Assembly: GCA_023267755.1 (NCBI GenBank)
Contig: JAHFMR010000002.1
Location: 42,463-106,462 of the forward strand
Source of the DNA: a bacterium
Lineage (GTDB): Bacteria; Patescibacteriota; Minisyncoccia; Phycocordibacterales; Phycocordibacteraceae
Direction: 5' to 3'
Length of the DNA stretch: 64,000 bases
Under the pieces are notes generated by a model, which did no database searches, was not told the DNA's origin, and was given only the letters and a program-made list of their open reading frames with translations. This document shows positions 18,856 to 28,624 of the stretch, in pieces; positions within the stretch are counted from its first letter, which is position 1; the number at the start of each line of letters is the position of its first letter. The position numbers and the translations under genes are program-made.

Positions 18856-19869
18856 TTATCCTTGCAGATACTCGCGACCTTTAGCAGTGAGGACACGACC
18901 AGAGGAGGTGCGCTCGATAAGGCCGAGGCGGAGAAGAAACGGCTCATAGACGTGCTCGATAGTGTCGGGGTCTTCGTGGAGCGCGGCGGCGAGGGCATTA
19001 ATACCAGCTGGGCCGCCGCGGAAGCTCGCGAGGAGCATCTCGAGATAGCGACGATCGTCCTTAGTGAGACCAAAAGCGTCGATACCGAAGAGCTCGCACG
19101 CTTCGTCGGCGAGCGCGACCGAGAGAGGGCGTTCGTGTACCTCGGAGAAGTCGCGAACGCGCTTTAGAAGCGCATTCGCGACACGCGGGGTCGCGCGGCT
19201 GCGCACGGCGATGTGCTCGATAACGTCCGCGGGGGCCTCGAGCCCGAGGAGCTTCGCCGACCGGGCGATGATGTCACGCAGGTCTTCGTCGCTGTAAAAA
19301 TCGAGCTGGTAGGTGCCACCGCCAAAGCGTGAGCGCAGCGGTCCCGAGATCTCTGCAGCGCGCGTGGTAGCCCCCACAAGGGTGAAAGGGGGAAGCGCAA
19401 GCTCCACGGTGCGCGCTGAAGGACCCTTGCCGAGGATAATATCGAGGTGTCCCGACTCGAGTGCGGGGTAGAGGAGCTCTTCTATCTTGTGGGAGAGACG
19501 ATGAATCTCATCGATAAAGAGGACCGTGCTCGGTTCGAGGTTGGTGAGAATAGCAGCGAGGTCGCTCGCGCGCTCTATCGCGACACCCGAGGTGCTCTTC
19601 AGCGGTGATCCGAGCGTCGTCGCGACGAGGTGAGCGAGAGTCGTCTTACCGACCCCTGGTGGCCCATAGAAGAGGATGTGTTCGGGCATCCCCCCGCGCT
19701 TCTTAGCCGCGTCTATAGAGATGCGGACGTTCGCCTTAATCTGTTTCTGGCCGACATAGTCGTCCCACTCACTGGGCCGCAGCGCAGCATCGAGCACATG
19801 GTTACCCGGTTCGGCGGGGAAGTTCACTTGGGAGGGTCCCCGCCCTGAGCTTGGTCGAAGGGTTGACAT
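18856..19869 (-). CDS. ruvB: Holliday junction branch migration ATPase RuvB
   Basis: ALRP..WDDYVGQ, GPPGVGKTT, LFIDEIHRL, PFTLVGATTR, RSRATPR. Confidence 0.97.
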   Translation of the reverse strand: MSTLRPSSGRGPSQVNFPAEPGNHVLDAALRPSEWDDYVGQKQIKANVRISIDAAKKRGGMPEHILFYGPPGVGKTTLAHLVATTLGSPLKSTSGVAIERASDLAAILTNLEPSTVLFIDEIHRLSHKIEELLYPALESGHLDIILGKGPSARTVELALPPFTLVGATTRAAEISGPLRSRFGGGTYQLDFYSDEDLRDIIARSAKLLGLEAPADVIEHIAVRSRATPRVANALLKRVRDFSEVHERPLSVALADEACELFGIDAFGLTKDDRRYLEMLLASFRGGPAGINALAAALHEDPDTIEHVYEPFLLRLGLIERTSSGRVLTAKGREYLQG

Positions 19870-19890
19870 AAAAAAGCGCTATGCTAACAT
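19863..19890 (+). promoter_or_regulatory. Sigma70-type promoter for the downstream structured RNA
   Basis: TTGACA (19863)-N16-TAACAT with TG extension. Confidence 0.55.
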
Positions 19891-19907
19891 TCTAGCACAG
19901 ATTGTTG

Positions 19908-20065
19908 ATCCTGTTCATACTCCTCTAGGCAAGGCTTGACGGCTTCGGGCGTTTCCCCAAGGACTTCCTGGTTCTCGTACTTCGGTGCGATTGCTGGGAG
20001 ACTCCTCAGGTGTCTCGTCCACCCCGCATTTATGCGGGTTTTGCCTTGAGGAATATGGACGGGAT
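19908..20065 (+). ncRNA. Putative 6S RNA-like structured RNA
   Basis: 5' TCCTGTTCATA-CTCCTC-TAGGCAA pairs with 3' TTGCCT-TGAGGA-ATATGGACGGGA; central bubble; apical C(UUCG)G hairpin. G-U pairs indicate the + strand. Confidence 0.6.
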
Positions 20066-20073
20066 TTTTGTAT

Positions 20074-21717
20074 TTAGTACGGGAGGTCGACAGCACCAGC
20101 GACTTCAGCGAGAGAGCTGATGCCTGCAAGCGCCTTGATGACACCATCTTGAGCCATCGTGAGGTAGCCCTGCTTGCTCGCCATTTTTGCAATCTGATTT
20201 TCAGCAGGATTATCGCGGAGGAAGTCGGCGAGCTCATCGTCCATAAAAATCGCTTCATAAAGACCGACGCGGCCGTGATAGCTATCAACATCTATCGGAT
20301 CCCACACCGTCTCTATCTTTTCAGGAATAAGCGACTTGTCCGCGAGCGGCTCAAACACTTTAGCAATCATCGTCTTCTCCTCTGCAGTGAGCGGACGTTC
20401 TTTCCGCTTGTCCGGATTGAGCTTGCGGATGAGGCGCTGTGCCATCGAGACAGTGACCGCCGAACCAAACGATTTCGGGTCTGCACCGAGGTCGACAAGG
20501 CGCGGGAAAGTTCCTGCCGCATCATTGGTGTGGAGTGTCGAGAAGACGAAGTGCCCGGTGAGTGCTGCCTGGATAGCGATATCTGCTGTCTCGGCGTCGC
20601 GGATTTCACCGACCATAATGATGTCCGGATCCTGACGCACGATTGACTTCAACCCTTCGGCGAAGGTGTACTTGGTTCCCTCCACCTGCGTCTGCACGAT
20701 GCCGTCGAGATGATACTCGATTGGGTCTTCTATCGTAATAATCTTTGTTTCGGGTGAATGGATCTCGCGGAGGAAGGAGTAAAGCGTGGTGGTCTTACCA
20801 GAGCCGGTGGGGCCGGTGGTGAGCAGCATACCGTTGGGCCGACGAATTTCTCGTTCGAGACGTTCAAGGAGCTTGGGGTGGATACCGAGTTCCTTATAGG
20901 AGACCTTGGTCGCTTCGGGGTCGAGAATACGCATCACAATAGACTCACCATAATTGCCGGGGATGAAGGAGATACGCGTCTCGATCTGACTCTCGCCGCG
21001 CACGATACTAAAGCGCCCATCTTGAGCCTGGTTTGTGACATTCAGCTTCACTCCCGAGAGCAGCTTGATGCGTGAATTAAGTTGGTGATACGTTGCTGGA
21101 TCAAAGAAGAAAGCGTCAGAGAGGAGACCATCGATGCGCAGGCGCAGGAGCGTCTTCTCCTCGCCCGGCTCAAAGTGGACGTCAGAGGCGCGCAGAGAAA
21201 AGGCTCCGGCAAAGATTGTCTCGAGGACGCGCGAAACACGATCAAGCGACTTCTCGGTCACCGCCACTTCAAGCTCATCCTGAAGCTTCCCCGAGGAGAG
21301 CTTCGTGAGCGTTTCTTCGGTAACCGTAAAGACGCCCGACTTCGATTCGGTCGCGAAGGAGAGCTCGCTATAGCGTTCAAAAGCCTTATCAAGGCTCTTC
21401 CGCGAAACGAGGAACGTCTTCATCGAGTAACCGCGCTCGGCGAGATCGGCGGCGAGCTTATTGAGCGCTTGGCTATTTGGCGTATGTATCGCGACCGAGA
21501 GCACCTTCGCCGCCTTCGCGAAGGCGGCAGCCTCAGCGGCACGCGCGTCTGCCTCGGGGATGATGCGAAGCGCGTCCGTGTCAATCTGCTTCAGCGAGAG
21601 GTCGACATAAGGTATGTCGTACTTCTCGGAGAGGATGCGCGCGACATCTTCTTCTTCGCGTTCGCGCACTTCAGCAAGCTCGGCATCAACGTGCGTGGTG
21701 TCGAAAGGGAGGTCCAT
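20074..21717 (-). CDS. pilB: Type IV pilus assembly ATPase PilB/GspE family
   Basis: ASDVHFEP, AQDGRF, GPTGSGKTTT, TIEDPIEY, RQDPDIIMVGEIRD, TGHFVFSTLHTN. Confidence 0.92.
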   Translation of the reverse strand: MDLPFDTTHVDAELAEVREREEEDVARILSEKYDIPYVDLSLKQIDTDALRIIPEADARAAEAAAFAKAAKVLSVAIHTPNSQALNKLAADLAERGYSMKTFLVSRKSLDKAFERYSELSFATESKSGVFTVTEETLTKLSSGKLQDELEVAVTEKSLDRVSRVLETIFAGAFSLRASDVHFEPGEEKTLLRLRIDGLLSDAFFFDPATYHQLNSRIKLLSGVKLNVTNQAQDGRFSIVRGESQIETRISFIPGNYGESIVMRILDPEATKVSYKELGIHPKLLERLEREIRRPNGMLLTTGPTGSGKTTTLYSFLREIHSPETKIITIEDPIEYHLDGIVQTQVEGTKYTFAEGLKSIVRQDPDIIMVGEIRDAETADIAIQAALTGHFVFSTLHTNDAAGTFPRLVDLGADPKSFGSAVTVSMAQRLIRKLNPDKRKERPLTAEEKTMIAKVFEPLADKSLIPEKIETVWDPIDVDSYHGRVGLYEAIFMDDELADFLRDNPAENQIAKMASKQGYLTMAQDGVIKALAGISSLAEVAGAVDLPY

Positions 21718-21841
21718 ATACGTCATATTACCATCCGCACACGCTCCAAAGCAGGGGGCTTGACAAAGTACCATTTGGGGGTATATAATAGCCCTAGGCC
21801 GTTGAAGGTAGACGGTACCCCACAAACTTAGGAGGTGCGCC

Positions 21842-22156
21842 ATGAAAAACCTTTCCGCTGTTCTTTTTATTGTCCTCACGACAGTCTTGGGCGGATGTGC
21901 GACCTACAACGTCAGCACGACGTCCACTCCAGAGCCGACGTCACGAGCGCCCCAGCAAACACCCGCGCAGCAGCAAGCAGCAGAATGCGCCGCACCTGGC
22001 GAATGGGTGCTGACGGGCGGCCGGTGGGTGTGCATCGCCAAGCCGGTAGTGATCGAGAGGCCGGTTGCGGTGTATCCGTACTACTATCCGCCGCTGATGT
22101 ATTACTACCCGGCAATCCGACTGGACTTCCGGTTTGGTGGTGGGCACCATCGGTAA
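21842..22156 (+). CDS. Hypothetical lipoprotein with Tyr/Pro-rich tail
   Basis: Lipobox LGGC; own TTGACA...TATAAT promoter, AGGAGG SD and downstream hairpin. Confidence 0.7.
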   Translation: MKNLSAVLFIVLTTVLGGCATYNVSTTSTPEPTSRAPQQTPAQQQAAECAAPGEWVLTGGRWVCIAKPVVIERPVAVYPYYYPPLMYYYPAIRLDFRFGGGHHR

Positions 22157-22164
22157 GCTCCACC

Positions 22165-22204
22165 CGTGCGCTCGTCTTCTAAGGAAGGCGGGCGCACTTT
22201 TGTT
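22165..22204 (+). terminator. Intrinsic terminator
   Basis: GTGCGCTCGTCTTC-taag-GAAGGCGGGCGCAC followed by TTTT. Confidence 0.65.
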
Positions 22205-22225
22205 TTCAGCGGTACAATTACCCCT

Positions 22226-22666
22226 ATGGAGCAGACAATACGGACCCTAGCAGAGCTCGAGACAGAGGCCACTCGGTTTTTGAATACGCTCGTCCCGGGA
22301 GAGCGAGCGACCCTGGTAACGCTCTCGGGCGACCTTGGAGCAGGGAAGACAGCGTTTACCAAGACGGTCGCCTGGGCGCTCGGTGTTGAGGAGTCGGTGA
22401 CGAGTCCCACCTTCGTGCTCGAGAAGATTTATAAAATAGAGAAGCCCGATTTTCCTTTTAAACATCTCGTGCATATCGACGCGTATCGGCTCGAAGAAGG
22501 CGCCGAGCTCGCGGCACTCGGCTTCGATGAGCTAATGAAGGACAGTAGTAACCTTATCCTGCTCGAATGGCCTGAGAAGGTCGCTGACATACTTCCAGTC
22601 CCAACAGTAAAGATTTCAATAACCGTGAATATCGACGATTCAAGAACTATTTCATATGCGCGGTAA
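22226..22666 (+). CDS. tsaE: tRNA threonylcarbamoyladenosine biosynthesis ATPase TsaE
   Basis: LSGDLGAGKT, VTSPTF, HIDAYRL, LLEWPE. Confidence 0.95.
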   Translation: MEQTIRTLAELETEATRFLNTLVPGERATLVTLSGDLGAGKTAFTKTVAWALGVEESVTSPTFVLEKIYKIEKPDFPFKHLVHIDAYRLEEGAELAALGFDELMKDSSNLILLEWPEKVADILPVPTVKISITVNIDDSRTISYAR

Positions 22667-25052
22667 ACTTGGCAAGAAGAGGATAGTGCTGCTCGATAGC
22701 CACGCGATTATTCATCGTGCGTATCACGCGCTTGCTGCGGCAGAGCTCACCAGCCCCACTGGCGCGCCCACTGGCGCGCTCTATGGTCTTGTCACGATGC
22801 TGCTTAAGATTGTCACCGACTTAAAGCCTGATTACATTGCTGCTTGCTACGACCTGCCGAAGCCGACCATCCGTCACGAGGCTTTCGCTGACTACAAAGG
22901 GACGCGCGCCAAGATTGATGACGCGCTCGCCGAGCAGCTGGGAGAATCAAGGAAAGTGTTTGAAGCGTTCTCTATCCCGCTCTACGAGAGAGAAGGGTTT
23001 GAGGCCGACGATCTGCTCGGGACCATTGCCCACGAGCTCAGGGAGAACAAAGACGTGGACGTTATCATCGCCTCGGGCGATATGGACACGCTGCAGTGTG
23101 TTGATGGTGCGCGCGTGCGCGTCTACACCCTGAAGAAGGGGTTGAACGATACGATCCTCTATGATGAAAAAGCAGTGGAGGAGCGATTCGGCTTCGCACC
23201 CGCACTCATCCCCGACTATAAAGGGCTCCGTGGCGACCCCTCGGACAACATTAAGGGCGTTAAGGGCATCGGCGAGAAGACCGCGACCGAACTTATCACC
23301 GGGTTCGGTTCAATTGAAAAAATCTATACCGCGCTCGCCAAGAGCGACAAGAAGTTCTTGGAGAAGGGGATTAAGGCGCGCATCATCGCGCTTCTGAAGG
23401 AACACGAGGAGGACGCGCGTTTCTCGAAGTCACTCGCGACTATTCGTACCGACGCGCCAATCGCCTTCGCGCTCCCGGAGCGTGTGTGGCACGATACGGT
23501 GGATTTTAAAAAAGTACTCGCGCTCTTTGAGGATCTTGGCTTCCGCTCTCTGCGTGAGCGGGCGCGCTCTGTCCTCGTAAAGACATCAGACGAAATCGGA
23601 GAGAGTGAAGGGGCACAGCAAGAGCTTGTTCCCGAAGAGGTTGTCGATCCACTACTCTTCGCCAAGGCGCAGGTGAAGCTCTGGCTCCTCGCCTCGGACT
23701 TCACCAGTCCCACACTTGATGACATCCTCGCGTACACCAAGCAGACGACCTTTGCCGAGGCAGACGCGGAGCTCACCAAGCTGGTGGGCGCTGCGGGGCG
23801 TCTGCGCGAGGTATACGAACAAATTGAGGAGCCGCTCATCCCTATCGCGCGTGAGATGGGCGTGCACGGCATCCTCGTCGACACAGGAGTGCTCGAGAAG
23901 CTCGCTAAGAAGTATCGAGCTGATCTTGAGGAGATTGAGAAAGAAATCTACGCGCTCGCGGGACGCGAGTTCAACGTCAGCTCGCCCAAGCAGCTCGGAG
24001 ACGTCCTCTTTGACGAGCTCGGGATTACGCCGGAGCGGATGAAGAAGACGGCAGGCGGCCAGCGCTCCACGCGCGAGAGTGAACTCGAGAAGCTCCGCGA
24101 TGCGCATCCGATTATCGGCAACATCCTCGAATATCGCGAACTGAAGAAGCTCCTTAGTACCTATATCGACAATCTCCCACCGATGCTCGACGCACAACAC
24201 CGCCTACACGCAGAATTTGTCCAGACGGGTACCACCACGGGGCGCATGGCGAGTCAGAATCCGAATCTGCAGAATATCCCGCTCCACTCCGAGCGCGGCC
24301 GCGCTATTCGCGACGCCTTCATCGCACCTGCGGGGTGGCAGCTCCTCGCACTCGACTACTCGCAGATAGAACTGCGCCTAGCGGCTATTCTCTCGGGTGA
24401 TGAAAAGCTCTGTGCAATCTTTAAAAGTGGACGCGACGTGCACAAAGAGGTGGCCGCACAAGTGTTCCACGTGGAGCCCGAGGCGGTTGACGCAGAGATG
24501 CGTCGACGAGCCAAGGTAATCAACTTCGGTATCCTCTACGGAATGGGTATCAACGCACTCCGGCAACAACTGGGCACCACGACCGCCGAGACGCACGCGT
24601 TCTACGAAGCATACTTCGGCCAATTCAAAACACTCTCGGAGTATCTCGAGAGCACCAAGGGCTTCGCGCGTAAAAACGGCTACACCGAGACGCTCTTCGG
24701 ACGTCGACGCCAATTCCCCGAGATGAAGTCGACCCTCCCCTATGTGCGCGCACAGGCGGAGCGTATGGCGATTAACGCACCAATACAAGGGACGCAGGCA
24801 GATATCATCAAGCTCGCGATGGTGCGCGTAGACACGATGCTGGATGCGGAGAAAGCGCGTGAGGACGCACACCTCCTTCTCCAGGTGCATGACGAACTGG
24901 TGTACGAGATACGTGAATCAAGGGTGAAAGAGCTCGCGGAGCGGGTACAGAACATTATGGAGAGCGTGTTGGGAGAAGAGGAGACACGCGGAGTGCCGCT
25001 CATCGCGATGCCGAAGGTGGGTCCGAACTGGGGGCAGATGAAGCCGCTCTAA
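22656..25052 (+). CDS. polA: DNA polymerase I (5'-3' exonuclease plus polymerase; reduced 3'-5' exonuclease region)
   Basis: EADDLLGT, GDPSDNIKGV, TTTGRMASQNPNLQNIP, DYSQIELR, AKVINFGILYG, LQVHDELV. Confidence 0.97.
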   Translation: MRGKLGKKRIVLLDSHAIIHRAYHALAAAELTSPTGAPTGALYGLVTMLLKIVTDLKPDYIAACYDLPKPTIRHEAFADYKGTRAKIDDALAEQLGESRKVFEAFSIPLYEREGFEADDLLGTIAHELRENKDVDVIIASGDMDTLQCVDGARVRVYTLKKGLNDTILYDEKAVEERFGFAPALIPDYKGLRGDPSDNIKGVKGIGEKTATELITGFGSIEKIYTALAKSDKKFLEKGIKARIIALLKEHEEDARFSKSLATIRTDAPIAFALPERVWHDTVDFKKVLALFEDLGFRSLRERARSVLVKTSDEIGESEGAQQELVPEEVVDPLLFAKAQVKLWLLASDFTSPTLDDILAYTKQTTFAEADAELTKLVGAAGRLREVYEQIEEPLIPIAREMGVHGILVDTGVLEKLAKKYRADLEEIEKEIYALAGREFNVSSPKQLGDVLFDELGITPERMKKTAGGQRSTRESELEKLRDAHPIIGNILEYRELKKLLSTYIDNLPPMLDAQHRLHAEFVQTGTTTGRMASQNPNLQNIPLHSERGRAIRDAFIAPAGWQLLALDYSQIELRLAAILSGDEKLCAIFKSGRDVHKEVAAQVFHVEPEAVDAEMRRRAKVINFGILYGMGINALRQQLGTTTAETHAFYEAYFGQFKTLSEYLESTKGFARKNGYTETLFGRRRQFPEMKSTLPYVRAQAERMAINAPIQGTQADIIKLAMVRVDTMLDAEKAREDAHLLLQVHDELVYEIRESRVKELAERVQNIMESVLGEEETRGVPLIAMPKVGPNWGQMKPL

Positions 25053-25053
25053 T

Positions 25054-25713
25054 ATGTTGTACCTCTTTTACGGCAGTGATAGCGAGAAGGCGCGACGGAA
25101 GGCATTTGAGTGGGTCACGAAGGCACGCGAGAAGGAACCAAATCTCGCATATGTGCGTCTCGCGCGCGAGGAGCTTAGCGAGGGTGCGCTGCTCGAAGCG
25201 GCGACAGCGAACAGTCTCTTCGCGAAGCGCACCCTCACCCTCATCGACGATCCCTATCAAGAGAGTGAAGAGGAAACAAAGGCAGTGCTCGATGACTACA
25301 TCGACATACTCGCCGAATCTGAAAATGTCATCGTCATCCTCGCACCAAAATTGCTCGCCGCAAAGGCAAAGAAGATTGGAGTGAAGGCGAAGCTCGAATA
25401 CAAATTCGACAAAGCGCTCGCGCGTGAAGACGCGCGCGGGTTTAACTCAAATCTCGTAAACGCGCTCGCGAGCCGCTCGCGCGAGAAGCTCTGGCTCGAG
25501 GTCACACGCGCACTGCACGCGGGCGACGCTCCCGAGATGCTCCACGGGCTCCTCCACTGGAAGGCACGTGATTTGATGGAAAAGGGAAGCCGAGTATGGA
25601 CTGTGCAAGAATCACGACAACTATCGCTCGCTCTCATCTCTCTCCTTCAAGACGCCCGTCGTGGCGGCCTCTCGCTCTCCGAATCTCTCGAGCGCTTCGC
25701 GCTCAGCATCTAG
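25054..25713 (+). CDS. holA: DNA polymerase III delta subunit-like protein
   Basis: MLYLFYGSD, SLFAKRTLTLI, C-terminal LERFALSI. Confidence 0.65.
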   Translation: MLYLFYGSDSEKARRKAFEWVTKAREKEPNLAYVRLAREELSEGALLEAATANSLFAKRTLTLIDDPYQESEEETKAVLDDYIDILAESENVIVILAPKLLAAKAKKIGVKAKLEYKFDKALAREDARGFNSNLVNALASRSREKLWLEVTRALHAGDAPEMLHGLLHWKARDLMEKGSRVWTVQESRQLSLALISLLQDARRGGLSLSESLERFALSI

Positions 25714-25774
25714 CCCTGTACTTTCTTGCTAGGGAGTGGTATAGTGCTGGTTGGTTCATTGAGAGGAGAACGTC

Positions 25775-26020
25775 ATGAAAGAAAGTTTGAAGCAACTGAA
25801 AAAGGCGCTTGAAGAGAAAAATTTGTCTCGAACACTTGCGTCCTTGAAGGACGCGGCGGCGCTGGGACACATCAGCCGAGAGACAGCACAACATCTTTTC
25901 GAGTTGGTTCGCGTGGAACAATACGAAGATGCGATCGATCTTCTCGACCGTCTCGACACGCCACACGATTTCCCAAATGCACCCTCGGCGGGGGTTTATT
26001 TCAACGGCACGGCGGCATAA
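25775..26020 (+). CDS. Small hypothetical protein
   Basis: GAGGAG SD, 81-aa ORF, followed by a strong terminator. Confidence 0.6.
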   Translation: MKESLKQLKKALEEKNLSRTLASLKDAAALGHISRETAQHLFELVRVEQYEDAIDLLDRLDTPHDFPNAPSAGVYFNGTAA

Positions 26021-26038
26021 CTGCTGCACAGCGGCACT

Positions 26039-26073
26039 ACGGGCGCTCGTTACGACGAGCGCCCGTTCTTTTT
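26039..26073 (+). terminator. Intrinsic terminator
   Basis: ACGGGCGCTCGT-tacg-ACGAGCGCCCGT followed by TCTTTTT. Confidence 0.8.
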
Positions 26074-26180
26074 AATTATTGAAGAATGAAATAAGCAAAG
26101 CTTTCTTCCTGCGTTCGCCTCGAACAAATAAATGAAAACATTTATTTGTTACTCTGCTCACTTGGTAGTAGGGTGAGTCG

Positions 26181-27638
26181 ATGGCAAAAGAAGAAAGCAT
26201 TATACGGTTCGAGGGAGTCTCCTTCGGGTATGGGGTGAACAAGCCGATTCTCGAGGAGGTCGATTTTCCTATTCGCCGCGGGATGAAGATAGCGGTGATG
26301 GGTCAGAACGGCGCGGGGAAGTCGACCCTCTTCACGTTGATGACGGGAGCCAAGAAGCCCGAATCGGGAGAGATACACGTCTCGCGCGGGCTCACGGTGG
26401 CGACCGCGGCGCAGGTGATACCGCGCGGCGATCTCGATCTAACTGTGCAGGCATTTTTTGAAAAGTGCTTCAAGGAGAAGGTGTACGATATCGACCCCAA
26501 GATTGATGCGGTGCTCGAGACGGTGAACCTGAAGGCGCCCCACGACCGTGTGGTGAAGAGCTTCTCGGGCGGCCAGCAGGCGCGCCTTCTCCTCGCCTCG
26601 GCGCTCATCCAGAATCCGGATTTACTTCTCTTGGACGAACCAACAAATAATTTAGATAAAGCAGGCATCGAGCACCTCACACAGTTCCTCGTTGATTACG
26701 ACAAGACGGTTATCGTCATCTCGCACGATGCCGAGTTCTTAAACGCGTTTACCACCGGCGTGCTCTATCTCGATGTGTACACGCGTAAGATCGAGCAGTA
26801 TCAGGGCAACTACACTGATGTGCAGGCGGACATTCTCGCGCGTATTGACCGGGAGAATAGGAAGAACGCGCAGCTCGCGAAGAAGATCCAAGAGAATAAA
26901 GAGAAGGCAAACTTCTTCGCGCAGAAGGGCGGCAAGATGCGTCTTGTCGCTAAGAAGATGCGCACTGAGGTCGAGGAGATGGAAGAGGAGAAGGTGGATG
27001 TGCGCAAAGAGGATAAGACGATACGCCCCTTCATTATCCCTGCACAGCCGGGCTTAAGCGGGGTGGTACTCTCACTCACCTCGTATACTGTGCACAAGGA
27101 TCACAAGCCAGTGACGAAGAAGGCAAACGTGAACCTGCGTAAGAACCAGCACCTCCTCTTGAAGGGGCCAAACGGTATCGGTAAGAGCACACTGCTAGAA
27201 CGCATCGTGCTCGGCACCCCCGAGGGTTCGATGATTACGAAGGGGGTGAAGGTGGGTTATTATCGTCAAGACTTTTCCACACTCGACTTCGATGCCACCG
27301 TCTACGACGCACTACGAGCCGCTATGGGACAGCCCGACGACGAGAGAATGCGGTCGGTCGCGGCGAGCTTCTTGATTACGGGTGACACCATCTTCACCAA
27401 GATCGGCAACCTCTCAGAAGGGCAGAAGGGCTTGGTAGCCTTCTGCTCACTCGTGCTCGAGAAGCCGGGGCTGCTGATACTCGACGAGCCGACCAACCAT
27501 ATCAACTTCCGCCACCTGCCTATTATCGCGAAGGCGCTGGATCAGTATGAAGGTGCGATGATACTCGTCTCGCACGTACCTGAGTTCGTTTCTCAAATCC
27601 GCATCGACGATACGCTTGATCTCGGGGCAGGGGTTTAA
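26181..27638 (+). CDS. ABC-F family ATP-binding protein
   Basis: Two ABC domains (GQNGAGKS/FSGGQ/LDEPTNNLD and GPNGIGKS/LSEGQ/LDEPTNHI); no TM segments. Confidence 0.92.
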   Translation: MAKEESIIRFEGVSFGYGVNKPILEEVDFPIRRGMKIAVMGQNGAGKSTLFTLMTGAKKPESGEIHVSRGLTVATAAQVIPRGDLDLTVQAFFEKCFKEKVYDIDPKIDAVLETVNLKAPHDRVVKSFSGGQQARLLLASALIQNPDLLLLDEPTNNLDKAGIEHLTQFLVDYDKTVIVISHDAEFLNAFTTGVLYLDVYTRKIEQYQGNYTDVQADILARIDRENRKNAQLAKKIQENKEKANFFAQKGGKMRLVAKKMRTEVEEMEEEKVDVRKEDKTIRPFIIPAQPGLSGVVLSLTSYTVHKDHKPVTKKANVNLRKNQHLLLKGPNGIGKSTLLERIVLGTPEGSMITKGVKVGYYRQDFSTLDFDATVYDALRAAMGQPDDERMRSVAASFLITGDTIFTKIGNLSEGQKGLVAFCSLVLEKPGLLILDEPTNHINFRHLPIIAKALDQYEGAMILVSHVPEFVSQIRIDDTLDLGAGV

Positions 27639-28618
27639 GCGGAGAAGTATTTATTTTTGAGTGAAAGAGACAAATACCCAATTCCGATCATTGCGAGTCC
27701 GGCGATAACCAGAGCAAGCGGCCAACCGAGCCCACTTGAGAAATATTCGGAGGTAATCTTGAGAATATACATCATGAGGAAGATCGTACCCCATGTCAGG
27801 AATGATCTGCTCTTAACATAGACACTGAGGAATAACGTCCCAAAGATAAGTACTGGATAGATTAACTCCCAGAACACATTCTGGTTTGGCTTCCATCCGC
27901 CAAGAAACATCGCAGAACCAAGGAAACCAAGAACACCAAAACCATAAAGGAAGCCGGAGAGAGGCGCGTGCTCATTTTTCGAGAATGCGTAACCCAAGAA
28001 CATATAAGAGATGCCGACAACGAGTGTGCGGTATTCAGAGAATTTCCATCCATCGAAGTACGGACCGCTTCCAATCATGAAGCTCGTCAAGTTGAAGAAG
28101 AATTCGGTACCGAAGAGAATACTGAATAACAGAAAGACGTTTTTTCGAGACAAAGCATATGACAAGAGGAACGCACCAAGGAGTATCCCCGATATGAGAC
28201 TGTGCGTGCCGGAGCTGTTCATATCAAGACCCGCCTTGTCGAAGACGACATACAAACCGACGGGCATAACCAATGCGGATATGAGGAAGAATGCAGAGCC
28301 GACGGCCTCTGTGCGTACGTCCTTGTTAAACACGAGCCCTGCGAAATACGCGGCGATGCCAGTACCCAAGGTCGCCAATACTTTCGTGCTGAAGCTGAGC
28401 GTTGACCAGTTTTGTGCGAGCAGGATGGTGATGCCCAGGAACACAATTGCACCGCCTATGTAATAGAGAATCTCGGCAATATCGAGTTTTTTGATAAGAG
28501 TGTGATCAGCACGGACACCTTTCCCAGTATCAAATGCCGCAATAAGCTCCTCTTTGGTAACTACCTGGAGTTCTCCGAGCGTCTGGACGTACTGCAGAGT
28601 CTCTTCTTTTGTTGCCAT
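27635..28618 (-). CDS. Multi-pass membrane protein (DUF2157-like)
   Basis: ILYYIGGAIVFLGITILLAQNWSTLS and about 10 TM helices. Confidence 0.75.
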   Translation of the reverse strand: MATKEETLQYVQTLGELQVVTKEELIAAFDTGKGVRADHTLIKKLDIAEILYYIGGAIVFLGITILLAQNWSTLSFSTKVLATLGTGIAAYFAGLVFNKDVRTEAVGSAFFLISALVMPVGLYVVFDKAGLDMNSSGTHSLISGILLGAFLLSYALSRKNVFLLFSILFGTEFFFNLTSFMIGSGPYFDGWKFSEYRTLVVGISYMFLGYAFSKNEHAPLSGFLYGFGVLGFLGSAMFLGGWKPNQNVFWELIYPVLIFGTLFLSVYVKSRSFLTWGTIFLMMYILKITSEYFSSGLGWPLALVIAGLAMIGIGYLSLSLKNKYFSA

Positions 28619-28624
28619 AGTAGT

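Noticed and set aside
19884-20291. 135-aa minus-strand ORF over the ruvB-pilB gap
   Set aside because: Overlaps pilB in another frame; the gap is better explained by a structured RNA on the + strand.
22755-22779. Tandem CCCACTGGCGC repeat in polA
   Set aside because: Encodes PTGAPTGA at the conserved G-x-P-T-x-A motif of the 5'-3' exonuclease domain.
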